Assembly (NCBI GenBank): GCA_942493055.1
Contig: OW818680.1
Location: 4,105,902 to 4,169,901 of the forward strand
Source: an uncultured bacterium
Lineage (GTDB): Bacteria; Verrucomicrobiota; Kiritimatiellia; RFP12; UBA1067
Length of the DNA: 64,000 nucleotides
Reading direction: 5' to 3'
Shown here: positions 49,834 through 59,400 of the stretch, in pieces
How the letters are laid out: each line of letters starts with the position of its first letter
Position numbering within the stretch: the first letter of the stretch is position 1
Program-made: the position numbers and the translations under genes
The notes under the pieces: generated by a model
Told to the model about the DNA's origin: nothing
Databases searched by the model: none
Seen by the model: only the letters and a program-made list of their open reading frames with translations

Positions 49834-52800
49834 ATGTTTGATCAAACATCTATTTGTGAAGCATGGGGATTGCGCTGGCTCACGACATCTTGCGAGGTGT
49901 CGCAATCTTGTGCGATCAGGCGACCGCCAGAACGGTGTGCGTCTCTTCGAGGGTATCGCTCCTCTTCGATCATTCGAAAAGGCTTCGGTTTGGCTCTGGC
50001 ACTGGCGAACTTGAATCTCTTTGCAATTCAAGTGCAGCATGTGCAGAGGTCAGTCAATGATGCGGACGGGACACAGATCGGGGCGGTCTCCACGAATGCA
50101 TTGCTGGGGACAGGTACTAACTACACGACTGTAACAGCTCCTGCTGTCTACAGCACGAATCGTTTTACACATTGGACGTATGATCGGTTTCCAACCAATT
50201 CGTTTCGTGATGCCTGGGGGCGGTCACAGAATCCAATGTCCTTTGTGCTTGTTGGCCAGACCACCAACACTGCACACTATCTTCCGTCTACGCGGGACAC
50301 CGATGGTGACGGCCTGCCTGACGGGTATGAAATCGAATACTTCAATACGCTCTCATATACTGGAACGTCTGATCCTGATGGCGACGGGGTTCCCCTGGCC
50401 ACAGAATATGCCAACGGGCTGCATCCCTTGTTGGGAAACAGCAATAGTCTCGGCGGCGTCTATTGGGCGGATTCAACCATGATCAATGTCAATCTGCAAG
50501 GATATCCCAGTTATGTATTACGTAGCATTCCTGCGGGAACAGTCAATCAGTCCGCCGTTGTGCCCCCAAATACAGCTATTACGACACCGGAACGTCCGGG
50601 CGGAAATACGTTCGGGTATTGGTCCCTGGATGGTGTCCGCCAACAGGACCCCTTTGGCGTCGCGCTACCGCAAATCTCATTTGTCGTTACGAACACGGAT
50701 CGTGAAGCCATTGCCTACCTCTTCAGCAACGATAGCGACGGGGATCAGGTTCCGGATGCTTACGAGCAGGTCTATTATGGCTCGCTCACCAACAGTGCAA
50801 CGTCGGATACGGACGGCGACGGGCGCACGTTGTTGCAGGAGTACACGGCGGGTAGCCTGCCGCACATCGGGAATATGAGCAGCGAAGGCGGCGTGTATTG
50901 GGCGGATTCCGCGCTCATGCCGGTGAACCTTGCAAGCTATTCCCAATACCGGATCATCAGTGATCCAGCGGGCATAATCAATCAGTCGGCTTTTGTACCG
51001 GACGGGACGCGGATCACGACTCCGAACATGGCCCAGGAGAGCTTCGGCTATTGGACACTGGATGGCGTACAGCAGCGGGATGGCTGGGGCATGGCTGTGC
51101 GGCAAATCAGCTTTGTGGTGGAGGGCGCGGATCGCGAGGCGGTAGCGCATCTCTTCGCCGGGGACACGGACACGGATGGCGTGCCGGACGCCTTTGAGCA
51201 AACCTACTATGGGACGCTGACGAATGACGCTAACTCGGATACGGACGGCGACGGACGGACGTTGCTCCAGGAGTACACAGCCGGAAGCCAGCCTCATATC
51301 GGGAACAGCAGCAGTGAAGGCGGCGTGTATTGGGCGGATTCCGCGCTCATGCCGGTGAACCTGTCAAACTACTCCCAATACCGGATCATCAGCGCGCCAA
51401 CGGGTGCAATCAATCAATCGGCTTTCGTGCCCGACGGGACGACAATCACCACGCCGGAGATGACGCAGGAGAGCTTCGGCTACTGGACGCTGGACGGCGT
51501 GCAGCAGCGGGATGCCTGGGGCTTGTCCGTGCGGAAAATCAGCTTCGTGGTGGATGGCACGGACCGCGAGGCTGTGGCGCATCTCTTTGCTGGGGACACG
51601 GACACGGATGGCGTGCCGGATGCCTTTGAGCAAACCTACTATGGGACGCTGGCGAACGACAATAGCTCGGACACCGATAATGACGGACGGACCTTGTTGC
51701 AAGAGTACACAGAGGGCAGCCAGCCTCATATCGGGAACAGCAGCAGCGAGGGCGGCGTGTATTGGGCGGATTCTGAAATGATCGCTGTGGACTTAGTAGC
51801 GGTCAAGCGCGGAATATGCTTTGAAGAGGCAGCAGTCACTGTTGTTGAGGGAAGCCTGGGTGTCAATCGGATTGCAGAAATTCCGGTCTTCGCTGTCGGG
51901 CCAGCATCAGTCACTGTTTACGCAGTGTCGGGGACGGCTACAACAGCAGACTATATTTGGCCAGCAGCTCCGACGACATTGACATGGGCATCCGGAGTGG
52001 CGGAGACAAAGATGGTCAGGATTCCGATCAAGACCGATAGTTTGTTTGAGCAGGATGAGGTTTTCTATCTGATGCTGGGTTCGCCCACGAGCGGACGTCA
52101 GATCGGCGAGCAACGCGGCTGTGCTGTGACGATCAAGGACGCGAATCGTTCGGATAAGCTGGCTGACGCCTTAGACAACCTGATACTCTCATGGACGACA
52201 AGCGGTACGCCGAAGTGGACCCCTCAGAGTGCAATGACGTTTGATGGGGAAGATGCTGCCTGGAGTGGCGCGTTGGCATCAAATAAAATCTCGTATGTGA
52301 GAACATCGGTTACAGGAACCGGCACGGTGAGCTTTGCCTGGTGCGTCACGGGTCAAGGCATCTTGAGCTTGCTGGACGGCACCAAGGTGTTGCTGGCGAT
52401 TACGAACGATACGGATTGGGCAGCGCAGTCGCTCCGCCTGGACAATAACGTGACGCATGCGCTCAAGTGGGAGTATAAACAGGGCGGCGACGGATTAGGC
52501 CGCGCCTATCTGGATCGCGTGGTCTGGATTCCCGGTGGCAAGACAGCGGTTCAGGTCAATGTTATTGCCGATTCCCCGGAGGGAGGTATGGCTTCCGGAA
52601 GCGGTACCTACATTCCTGGCGCGCGAATCTCCTTGAATGCGAAGCCGCGTGCAGGATGGCTCTTCACGGGCTGGACATCGGGCGTGCCGTTGACCTATCC
52701 GCTCTCGGCTTCCCAGACGCTGACGGTGGGTGTTAGTGACCTGACGCTTACAGCGCACTTTGTGAAGGTGCCTGTGGTGACAGGGATTCCTTATCCGCCG

Positions 52801-54501
52801 GAGGGTGGCAGGGTGACTGGCACAGGGCTCTGTCTGCCCGGTAAGAGTGTGACATTGACCGCAACTCCTGTGACGGGCTGGGCGTTTACACAGTGGTCAG
52901 ACAATAGCCAGATCGCCTCCCGCACCATTCGCACAACAATTGATGTGACACTCGTTGCAGCGTTTAAGCGGATTGCTGATGTCGTCCCTCCGACGATCGG
53001 AGAGATTCAACCCCAGCGGGCCATGGTCGGTGTTCCGTTCGAAGTGCCTGTTGAGATGGTGTCCGAGGCCTTGGCCACAGTCACCCTGTCGGGCCTGCCT
53101 GCAGGTTTGTCCTACACGCAAGCAACTCAGTCAATCAGCGGTGTGCCCACGGTTCCCGTCACCAACAGAATCGTGACCATCACGGCTAAGAATGCAAATC
53201 TGCTGCCGACCACGCGGACGTTCCTGTTGACCATTGACCCGCTGCCTGTTTGGGCCAAGGGAACCTTCAGCGGCCTCGTCGGGTCAGAAGCCCTAGGCTC
53301 CGGGAGTGCCACGATGAGTATTACCGCCATCGGCAACATGGCCGGCAAGTTTACTCTGAGAGGAACCAACTTCCTCTTCAGCGCACCCGCTTACTCGGCA
53401 CGCGAGCCTGATGGCGCGTTCATCTTGATTACGACAGCCAAGGTAGGGACGGTGGCGTGGCCCATGACCCTGGTGGTCAGTCAGCCTGTGATTGGAGACC
53501 CGTCCAACATGGTCCCCGATACGCTCTCCATTGCAGACGGGGTGCTGGAAGGAAGGAGCGAGCAGGTCGTTCTTTACCGTAGCCTGTGGGGAGATCCAGG
53601 CATGAGCGCACTTTTGGCCCCGCTTTTCAGCGGCTACTATACAGCGACCTTGCCAGGTGGAAATCAATTTGGCAGCGGCTATCTGACGTTCACGGTGGAC
53701 AAGGCTGGCATGGTGAAGACAGTTGGCAAGCTTGCAGACGGCACCGCGATCTCCCTAAGCGGGATGTTAGTCCTTGATGAGACGGGCCGCGTGTGGACTG
53801 TGATCTACACGGCTCCCACGGCATACAGGGGCGGTGGCCTCTTCGGTGTTGTGGAGTTTGTCCGTTCTCCGTCCGGTGTGGTCCGTGTTCAGGTCTACAA
53901 CTCCGAGCCCTTTATCTGGGAGAACTTCAACCCTCTTGCAACAGGGGAATACGGCGCAGGCTTCTTAAGGGAGCTGGGTTTGGTCGGAGGCTGGTATGAT
54001 ACCGTTGGCAATCTCTATCGCTACTTTGGGAACAGGGTCCTTTCTGTCAGCACCGAAAACACACCTGCTCCTGAAGTGTTGGTCGGAACGAACCGATACG
54101 ATGCGGCCTGCTGGGATCCGGATGGATTGTCCCTAAAGGTGGTGACCAACTCAGCAGGTGTCCTGACGGGATTAGTGACTCCCAAGGCAGGCACTGCGGT
54201 GAAGGTTGCAGGGGAATACAATTACGAGACGCCTACCAACGCAGTCGGCATGACCATTGGCTTGACGCGTGCGACAGGTCTCTTTAAAGGCTCCTTTAAG
54301 GCCTGGTTTGACTATGGCACGACGCACACCTCTAAGACGATCACGTATGAGGGCGTTCTTACGCCGGAGAAGGTCGATCCATCCGATCCAGTAGCTGGCC
54401 GGGGCTTCTTCTTGTGGAGGGATAAGGCACCTTCACCTGCGCCGCTGAGCCCCTATTATTTTTACTGGTCGTATGACCTCCAGCTTCTGCTGGAGGAATA
54501 G
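49834..54501 (+). CDS. Large secreted protein: 144-aa Ca-binding (DTDGDG) repeats, Calx-beta-like, B-repeats, Ig-like, C-terminal domain related to those of the 40977 and 45578 proteins
   Basis: Repeated DTDGDG.PD..E..YY; FEEAAVTVVEG...TLTWASG; GSGYLTFTV...GKLADGT...TGLFKGSFK. Start uncertain. Confidence 0.8.
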   Translation: MFDQTSICEAWGLRWLTTSCEVSQSCAIRRPPERCASLRGYRSSSIIRKGFGLALALANLNLFAIQVQHVQRSVNDADGTQIGAVSTNALLGTGTNYTTVTAPAVYSTNRFTHWTYDRFPTNSFRDAWGRSQNPMSFVLVGQTTNTAHYLPSTRDTDGDGLPDGYEIEYFNTLSYTGTSDPDGDGVPLATEYANGLHPLLGNSNSLGGVYWADSTMINVNLQGYPSYVLRSIPAGTVNQSAVVPPNTAITTPERPGGNTFGYWSLDGVRQQDPFGVALPQISFVVTNTDREAIAYLFSNDSDGDQVPDAYEQVYYGSLTNSATSDTDGDGRTLLQEYTAGSLPHIGNMSSEGGVYWADSALMPVNLASYSQYRIISDPAGIINQSAFVPDGTRITTPNMAQESFGYWTLDGVQQRDGWGMAVRQISFVVEGADREAVAHLFAGDTDTDGVPDAFEQTYYGTLTNDANSDTDGDGRTLLQEYTAGSQPHIGNSSSEGGVYWADSALMPVNLSNYSQYRIISAPTGAINQSAFVPDGTTITTPEMTQESFGYWTLDGVQQRDAWGLSVRKISFVVDGTDREAVAHLFAGDTDTDGVPDAFEQTYYGTLANDNSSDTDNDGRTLLQEYTEGSQPHIGNSSSEGGVYWADSEMIAVDLVAVKRGICFEEAAVTVVEGSLGVNRIAEIPVFAVGPASVTVYAVSGTATTADYIWPAAPTTLTWASGVAETKMVRIPIKTDSLFEQDEVFYLMLGSPTSGRQIGEQRGCAVTIKDANRSDKLADALDNLILSWTTSGTPKWTPQSAMTFDGEDAAWSGALASNKISYVRTSVTGTGTVSFAWCVTGQGILSLLDGTKVLLAITNDTDWAAQSLRLDNNVTHALKWEYKQGGDGLGRAYLDRVVWIPGGKTAVQVNVIADSPEGGMASGSGTYIPGARISLNAKPRAGWLFTGWTSGVPLTYPLSASQTLTVGVSDLTLTAHFVKVPVVTGIPYPPEGGRVTGTGLCLPGKSVTLTATPVTGWAFTQWSDNSQIASRTIRTTIDVTLVAAFKRIADVVPPTIGEIQPQRAMVGVPFEVPVEMVSEALATVTLSGLPAGLSYTQATQSISGVPTVPVTNRIVTITAKNANLLPTTRTFLLTIDPLPVWAKGTFSGLVGSEALGSGSATMSITAIGNMAGKFTLRGTNFLFSAPAYSAREPDGAFILITTAKVGTVAWPMTLVVSQPVIGDPSNMVPDTLSIADGVLEGRSEQVVLYRSLWGDPGMSALLAPLFSGYYTATLPGGNQFGSGYLTFTVDKAGMVKTVGKLADGTAISLSGMLVLDETGRVWTVIYTAPTAYRGGGLFGVVEFVRSPSGVVRVQVYNSEPFIWENFNPLATGEYGAGFLRELGLVGGWYDTVGNLYRYFGNRVLSVSTENTPAPEVLVGTNRYDAACWDPDGLSLKVVTNSAGVLTGLVTPKAGTAVKVAGEYNYETPTNAVGMTIGLTRATGLFKGSFKAWFDYGTTHTSKTITYEGVLTPEKVDPSDPVAGRGFFLWRDKAPSPAPLSPYYFYWSYDLQLLLEE
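50452..51777 (+). repeat. Intragenic tandem repeat, ~432-bp unit
   Basis: GGVYWADS starts at 50452, 50887, 51319 and 51751 (spacing 435, 432, 432). Confidence 0.9.
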
Positions 54502-54523
54502 CGGATTGCCAAGAACTTCATTC

Positions 54524-54585
54524 TTTTTCAACTAATTAAACGAATTAAGCTAATTTCAATTCGTTCCATTCGTTTAATTCGTTGA
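54524..54585. repeat. 62-bp imperfect palindrome, inverted copy of 37642-37703
   Basis: 60/62 match to the reverse complement of 37642-37703. Confidence 0.9.
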
Positions 54586-54674
54586 GAAAAGTAACTCAAT
54601 CGTTTATTCCAGTTCCGCAGGCGCGGGCTTGCCTAGAAGTTCAGCGGTCATTCAAAAATCTTTTGCGTATTGGA

Positions 54675-54703
54675 TTGAGACTTGCCCATAAATGGGCTAT
54701 ATT
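54675..54703 (+). promoter_or_regulatory. sigma70 promoter with spacer palindrome GCCCAT-AA-ATGGGC (family B)
   Basis: TTGAGA-cttgcccataaatgggc(17)-TATATT. Confidence 0.65.
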
Positions 54704-54746
54704 TATGGCTTATTTTATGTGATAAATTTGAAAAGCGAAAGACGCT

Positions 54747-55529
54747 ATGAAAGAACAAGACAAGCAAGCGGAGCGCGACTTCTTTAACAGGGGCATGGAC
54801 ACTGTTCAAAGCGACCATCCATCCGATGAAGCACACATCAAAGAATGTTTTCAGATCCTTGGTTTTTCTGAGCAGATGAACGGAGAACGGATGCTCGAAT
54901 GCGGTTGCGGTATTGGCGACTGGGGTAGGGCTCTGGCCAAACGCGGAGCGCAAGTCATCGGGGTTGATATCGCCGAGGCGGCCATCGAGGCGAACAAGCG
55001 GATCAATGCCACTGTGCCAAACTACACGTGCAAGGCCGGGGATTTGGAGGACAAGAGCCTCTTTGATGCGCACTCCCTGGACGGGGTCACTTGCTTTAAT
55101 GTGCTTCACCATTTTCCGAGCATTGACAAGGTGATTGAGAACTTTGCCTACTGGCTCAAGGATGGCGGGGTTGTCTATGCAGTTGAACCCAACGGCGGCA
55201 ATCCAGCCCATAAAGTCGGAAAGATCGTCCGGTTGGTTTTGCCAGCAAAGTTCGTTGCTGAGAAAGGTCTTGCCACCCCTAACGAGATGCACGACTGGTC
55301 AATGCCAGAATACTTGGATTATTTTTGTAATAAAGCGTTTGAGTGTGAAATGAAGGTCTCGCTGTTAAAACCTATGGAGCCTATGCCTAAGGGCTGGTCC
55401 TTGATAGGGGTGATTTCGAAAGTCCGATGGTTTGTCTATGGGGTTGCGAGATGTATTTCTTCCCCGATTAACAAAGGGAATCCACTAATTTTTAAAATGC
55501 GAATCCGCAGCCCATCACCAAATAGATAA
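54747..55529 (+). CDS. Class I SAM-dependent methyltransferase
   Basis: MLECGCGIG, IGVDI, GDLED, VLHHFP, LKDGGVVYAVEPN. Confidence 0.9.
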   Translation: MKEQDKQAERDFFNRGMDTVQSDHPSDEAHIKECFQILGFSEQMNGERMLECGCGIGDWGRALAKRGAQVIGVDIAEAAIEANKRINATVPNYTCKAGDLEDKSLFDAHSLDGVTCFNVLHHFPSIDKVIENFAYWLKDGGVVYAVEPNGGNPAHKVGKIVRLVLPAKFVAEKGLATPNEMHDWSMPEYLDYFCNKAFECEMKVSLLKPMEPMPKGWSLIGVISKVRWFVYGVARCISSPINKGNPLIFKMRIRSPSPNR

Positions 55530-55559
55530 ATTATTGTTTTGATCTAAACAATAATTTAT
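55526..55559. repeat. Perfect 14-bp AT-rich inverted repeat
   Basis: ATAAATTATTGTTT-tgatct-AAACAATAATTTAT. Confidence 0.8.
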
Positions 55560-55560
55560 G

Positions 55561-55589
55561 TTTACTTCCCCGAACGGGTGAGCTATCCT
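55561..55589 (+). promoter_or_regulatory. sigma70-type promoter, family A
   Basis: TTTACT-tccccgaacgggtgagc(17)-TATCCT. Confidence 0.55.
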
Positions 55590-55621
55590 TATTTATAACC
55601 TCAAAAATACACGAGTACCGT

Positions 55622-56479
55622 ATGAACTGTCCAGTTTGCAATGAAGTTTTCAAAACAGTTCTCTTTAAAAGCGAGAACCGTCATGGATCTCATTTGCAGG
55701 AGCCGCGAGCAGAGTTTGATGTCTATAGATGTGCCTCTTGTGGTCTAATCGGGCTGCCAAGCATTGAGACGGACGACCTCTATTATAAGCAGTTTTATCC
55801 TCATGGGTATCATGCTGCAACCGAACCTGGGCTCTTGGGAAAAATATGGGGATTCTTTGCCTCGTTTTTACTCAGTCGAAAAATCAACACTTTCAAGAAA
55901 TATGTATCGTTGCCGTGTAAATTACTCGATGTGGGGTGTGGAAACGGTGGCTTTGTAAAGTCCCTCGATGCTCACCTGTTTGACGCGTATGGCCTTGAGC
56001 CAGTGAAGGAAGCCGTAGAAGATGCAAAAAAAGCAGGGCTTCAGGTGACGCAAGGCAATATTTTGTTTGGTTCTCTTACGCCAGAGCAGTTTGATGTGAT
56101 CACCCTGTGGCATGTGTTTGAGCATATCAAAGATCCTGTCCTCGCGCTGCAACGGATACACACCCTTTTGAGGCCAGGAGGAATCGTTGTGATGGCGTTG
56201 CCAAATACAAACTCGCTCGCCTGTCGTCTTGGGAAAAAATATTGGTTCCATCTCGATTCACCCAGACACTTGTGGTTATACAACGAGAAGAATATTAAAA
56301 CACTGCTCGAGGAAAACCATTTTCAACTGTTGGATCGCCGGTATCTGAGCTTGGAGTTTCCACTCGATTTGTTCTGGAGTATCAAAGGCTCATGGCGCGG
56401 AAGGGTGCTGCTTCTTATTTATCCTTTGATAAAATGGTTTGACACGCAAAACATGATGGTCATTGCAAGGAAGGACTAG
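55622..56479 (+). CDS. Class I SAM methyltransferase with an N-terminal Zn-binding motif (glycan-locus type)
   Basis: CPVC...CASCGL, LLDVGCGNG, WHVFEH, LRPGG, HLDSPRHL. Confidence 0.9.
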   Translation: MNCPVCNEVFKTVLFKSENRHGSHLQEPRAEFDVYRCASCGLIGLPSIETDDLYYKQFYPHGYHAATEPGLLGKIWGFFASFLLSRKINTFKKYVSLPCKLLDVGCGNGGFVKSLDAHLFDAYGLEPVKEAVEDAKKAGLQVTQGNILFGSLTPEQFDVITLWHVFEHIKDPVLALQRIHTLLRPGGIVVMALPNTNSLACRLGKKYWFHLDSPRHLWLYNEKNIKTLLEENHFQLLDRRYLSLEFPLDLFWSIKGSWRGRVLLLIYPLIKWFDTQNMMVIARKD

Positions 56480-56489
56480 GGGGTATCAC

Positions 56490-59400
56490 ATGAAAAAAAC
56501 AATTTATACACTGGTGTTCGCGCTTGCGTCGCTGAGTTCAATGGCCAGCCAGACCTTTATCGGCTGGGGAGATAACAGCCACGGGCAACTGACACTGCCT
56601 ACGGGGTTTTCCGGCGGCGTCGTAGACGTCGCGACAGGGCACGGGAACACAGTGCTCTTAAAGACAGACGGCACGGTTATTGCTTGGGGCTATAATCCGC
56701 TGGGCTCGTGCAATGTCCCATCGAATCTTTCCGGCGTCGTCAAGGTGTCCACCTTCGCTCATCACTGCCTGGCGCTCAAAGGGGACGGCACGGTCGTCGC
56801 ATGGGGGCGGAATATGGACGGGGAATCAAATGTCCCCGCTGGGCTGGCCAATGTCAGTGGCATTGCCGCAGGCGCGTATCACAGTTTGGCTGTTAAGGGC
56901 GACGGAACGGTCGTGACCTGGGGAAGCAATTACTATGGCGAGCGGGATGTCCCTGCGGGATTGAGTGGCGTTGTGGCTGTGACTGCAGGATTCTGTGTCA
57001 GTTACGCTATTAAGTCCGATGGAACCGTAGTGGCGTGGGGGTTGAATACAAGCGGGCAGTGCAATATTCCAAGCGGTTTGATAGGCGTTATCGCCGTCGG
57101 GGCTGGCAATTCGCATGCGGTCGCTTTAAAAGCCAATGGAACGGTGGTTGCCTGGGGGAACAGCGCCGACGGACGCACAAGTGTCCCTGAGGGCTTGAGC
57201 GGCGTGACAAAAATTGCCGTTATTTATGACCATACGCTTGCTTTGAAGTCGGATGGCACTGTCGTGGCATGGGGCAAGACCGAGCATGGCGAATGCAGCA
57301 TCCCTTCAGGGCTGACGGGGGTGACCGCTATCGCCGCAGGTGCATGGCACAGCGTCGCAATCGCAGGAACGCTGCCTCCTCAAGTCACGGTGACGTTTGA
57401 TTCACAAGGCGGAAATGTCATTCCCAACAAGGTTTACAACGAAAATGCGGTATATGGCGCGTTGTCAGTTCCCTCTAAGATCGGATACACGTTTGACGCT
57501 TGGTGGTCGTCCATTACGGGTGGAATTAAAATCGAAGCGGCCGCCAGTGTGGGGGCCAGCAGCCATACGCTTTATGCACGATGGAAAGTCAATACCGTCA
57601 GCACCAACCAGGTCTTTGTTGGCTGGGGCGATAATACGCATGGACAGTTGAACCTTCCTGCGGGGCATACGGGGATTGTCGCTGTTGCAGCAGGGCACGG
57701 AAATACCATCATTTTGAAGAACAACGGTACAGTCGCGGCATGGGGATATAATCCTCTGGGGTCCTGCAATGTGCCAGCCAACCTTTCAAATGTCGTGAAA
57801 GTGGCAACGTATGCGCATCATTGCCTTGCGCTTAAGAGTGATGGTAAAGTCGTGGCCTGGGGACGTAACATCGATGGGGAGTCGAATGTGCCTTCCACGC
57901 TCTCGAATGTTGTCGGCGTTGCCGCAGGAGCCTATCATAGCCTTGCCCTGAAGTCAGATGGGACGGTCGTGGCCTGGGGGAGTAATTACAATGGTGAGCG
58001 AAATGTTCCCGCCGGACTGAACGGGGTTGTGGCGATTGCCGCGGGTTCATGCACGAGTCTGGCCATTAAATCCGATGGCACGGTGGTCAATTGGGGCGCA
58101 AATGTGGGTGTGCCAAGTAATCTGACAGGTGTTAAATCGATTGTTGTTGGAACGTCCCATTATGTGGCTTTGAAATGGGATGGTACGGTCGTGGCCTGGG
58201 GCAACAACGCCGATGGACGAACGACGGTTCCGGAAGGTCTGAGCGGTGTGATAGCGATAGCATCTATTTACGAGCACACCCTCGCGTTGAAGTCAAACGG
58301 CACGGTCGTGGCCTGGGGCAAGAACGTAAACGGTGAATGTGCCGTTCCGACAGGTCTCTCCGGTGTCACATCGATTGCTGTGGGGGCAACCCATAGCGTT
58401 GCTGTAAGAGGCGGCACCCTTCTTTCAACAATAACGGTCTCCTTTAATTCGCAAGGCGGGACGCCTGTGGGAAGTCGGACCTATATTCAGGACACGCTGT
58501 ATGGCGCATTGCCTGTCGCGACTCGCACCGGATACACGTTTGCCGGATGGTGCATTGACGCTGCCTGCGCAAAGCCGATTTCTGCAACGGATTATGTTGG
58601 GGCGGAAGGTCATACGCTTTATGCGAAATGGGACTCCCACGGTCTGCTCAGGTTCCAAAAAGCATCCTACAGCATTGCCGAGAACACGGATGCGGCGGCT
58701 GTTGTGTTGAAGGTGGAACGCGTGAATGGCAGCACAGGCCCCGCCAGCGTTTCTTACGTGGTGGAAAATGGGACCGCAACAAACGGTTTGGATTATGCCA
58801 CCGAAGTCATGACCGTGTCGTGGGCGGCAGGTTCGACCACAGCTCGGAATATTGTGATCGATATGCTGGACGACGATAGCTATGAGGGCAATGAGACCTT
58901 CACGGTCAGGCTGGTGGACGCGACAGGTGCGGTCCTGGGCGACCCTGCCGCGGCGACGGTGACGATCGTGGACAACGAAGGGGCGCCGGCGAGCGTTGCC
59001 CGCTTCGAGGGAACGCTCGACTTCGGCGCTGTCGCCAGGAACTCCACGGCGACGCGCTTCATCAAGGTCTGGAACGAGGGCAACCAGCCACTGGCCGTCA
59101 CCGACGTGACGGTGCCCGAGGGCTTCACGGTCTCGCCGCTGGCCTTTACGGTTCGCCCGGGCGAGTTCGCGTCACTCTCCGTGTCCTTCACGCCGACATT
59201 CCTCGGAAGCTTTGGCGGCGTCCTCTCCATCGCCTGCGCAGGCAATGCGGGTGCCTCTTCCCTGCCAGTCTCCGGCGCGGGCGTCGAACCGCCACGCCCA
59301 GTAGCCCAGCGCACGATTACGGGTCTCACGGCCATCATCGCGGTGGATGTGCCAGAGGGCGTGAGCGTCCTGAGCGTGGAGGACTCCATCCCCGCCGGCA

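Noticed and set aside
49800-50030. Frameshift joining the 48255 and 49834 genes into one pseudogene
   Set aside because: The upstream RCC1 block ends cleanly, and the downstream ORF has its own RK + hydrophobic signal-like segment (IIRKGFGLALALANLNLFA). Only its start codon is uncertain.
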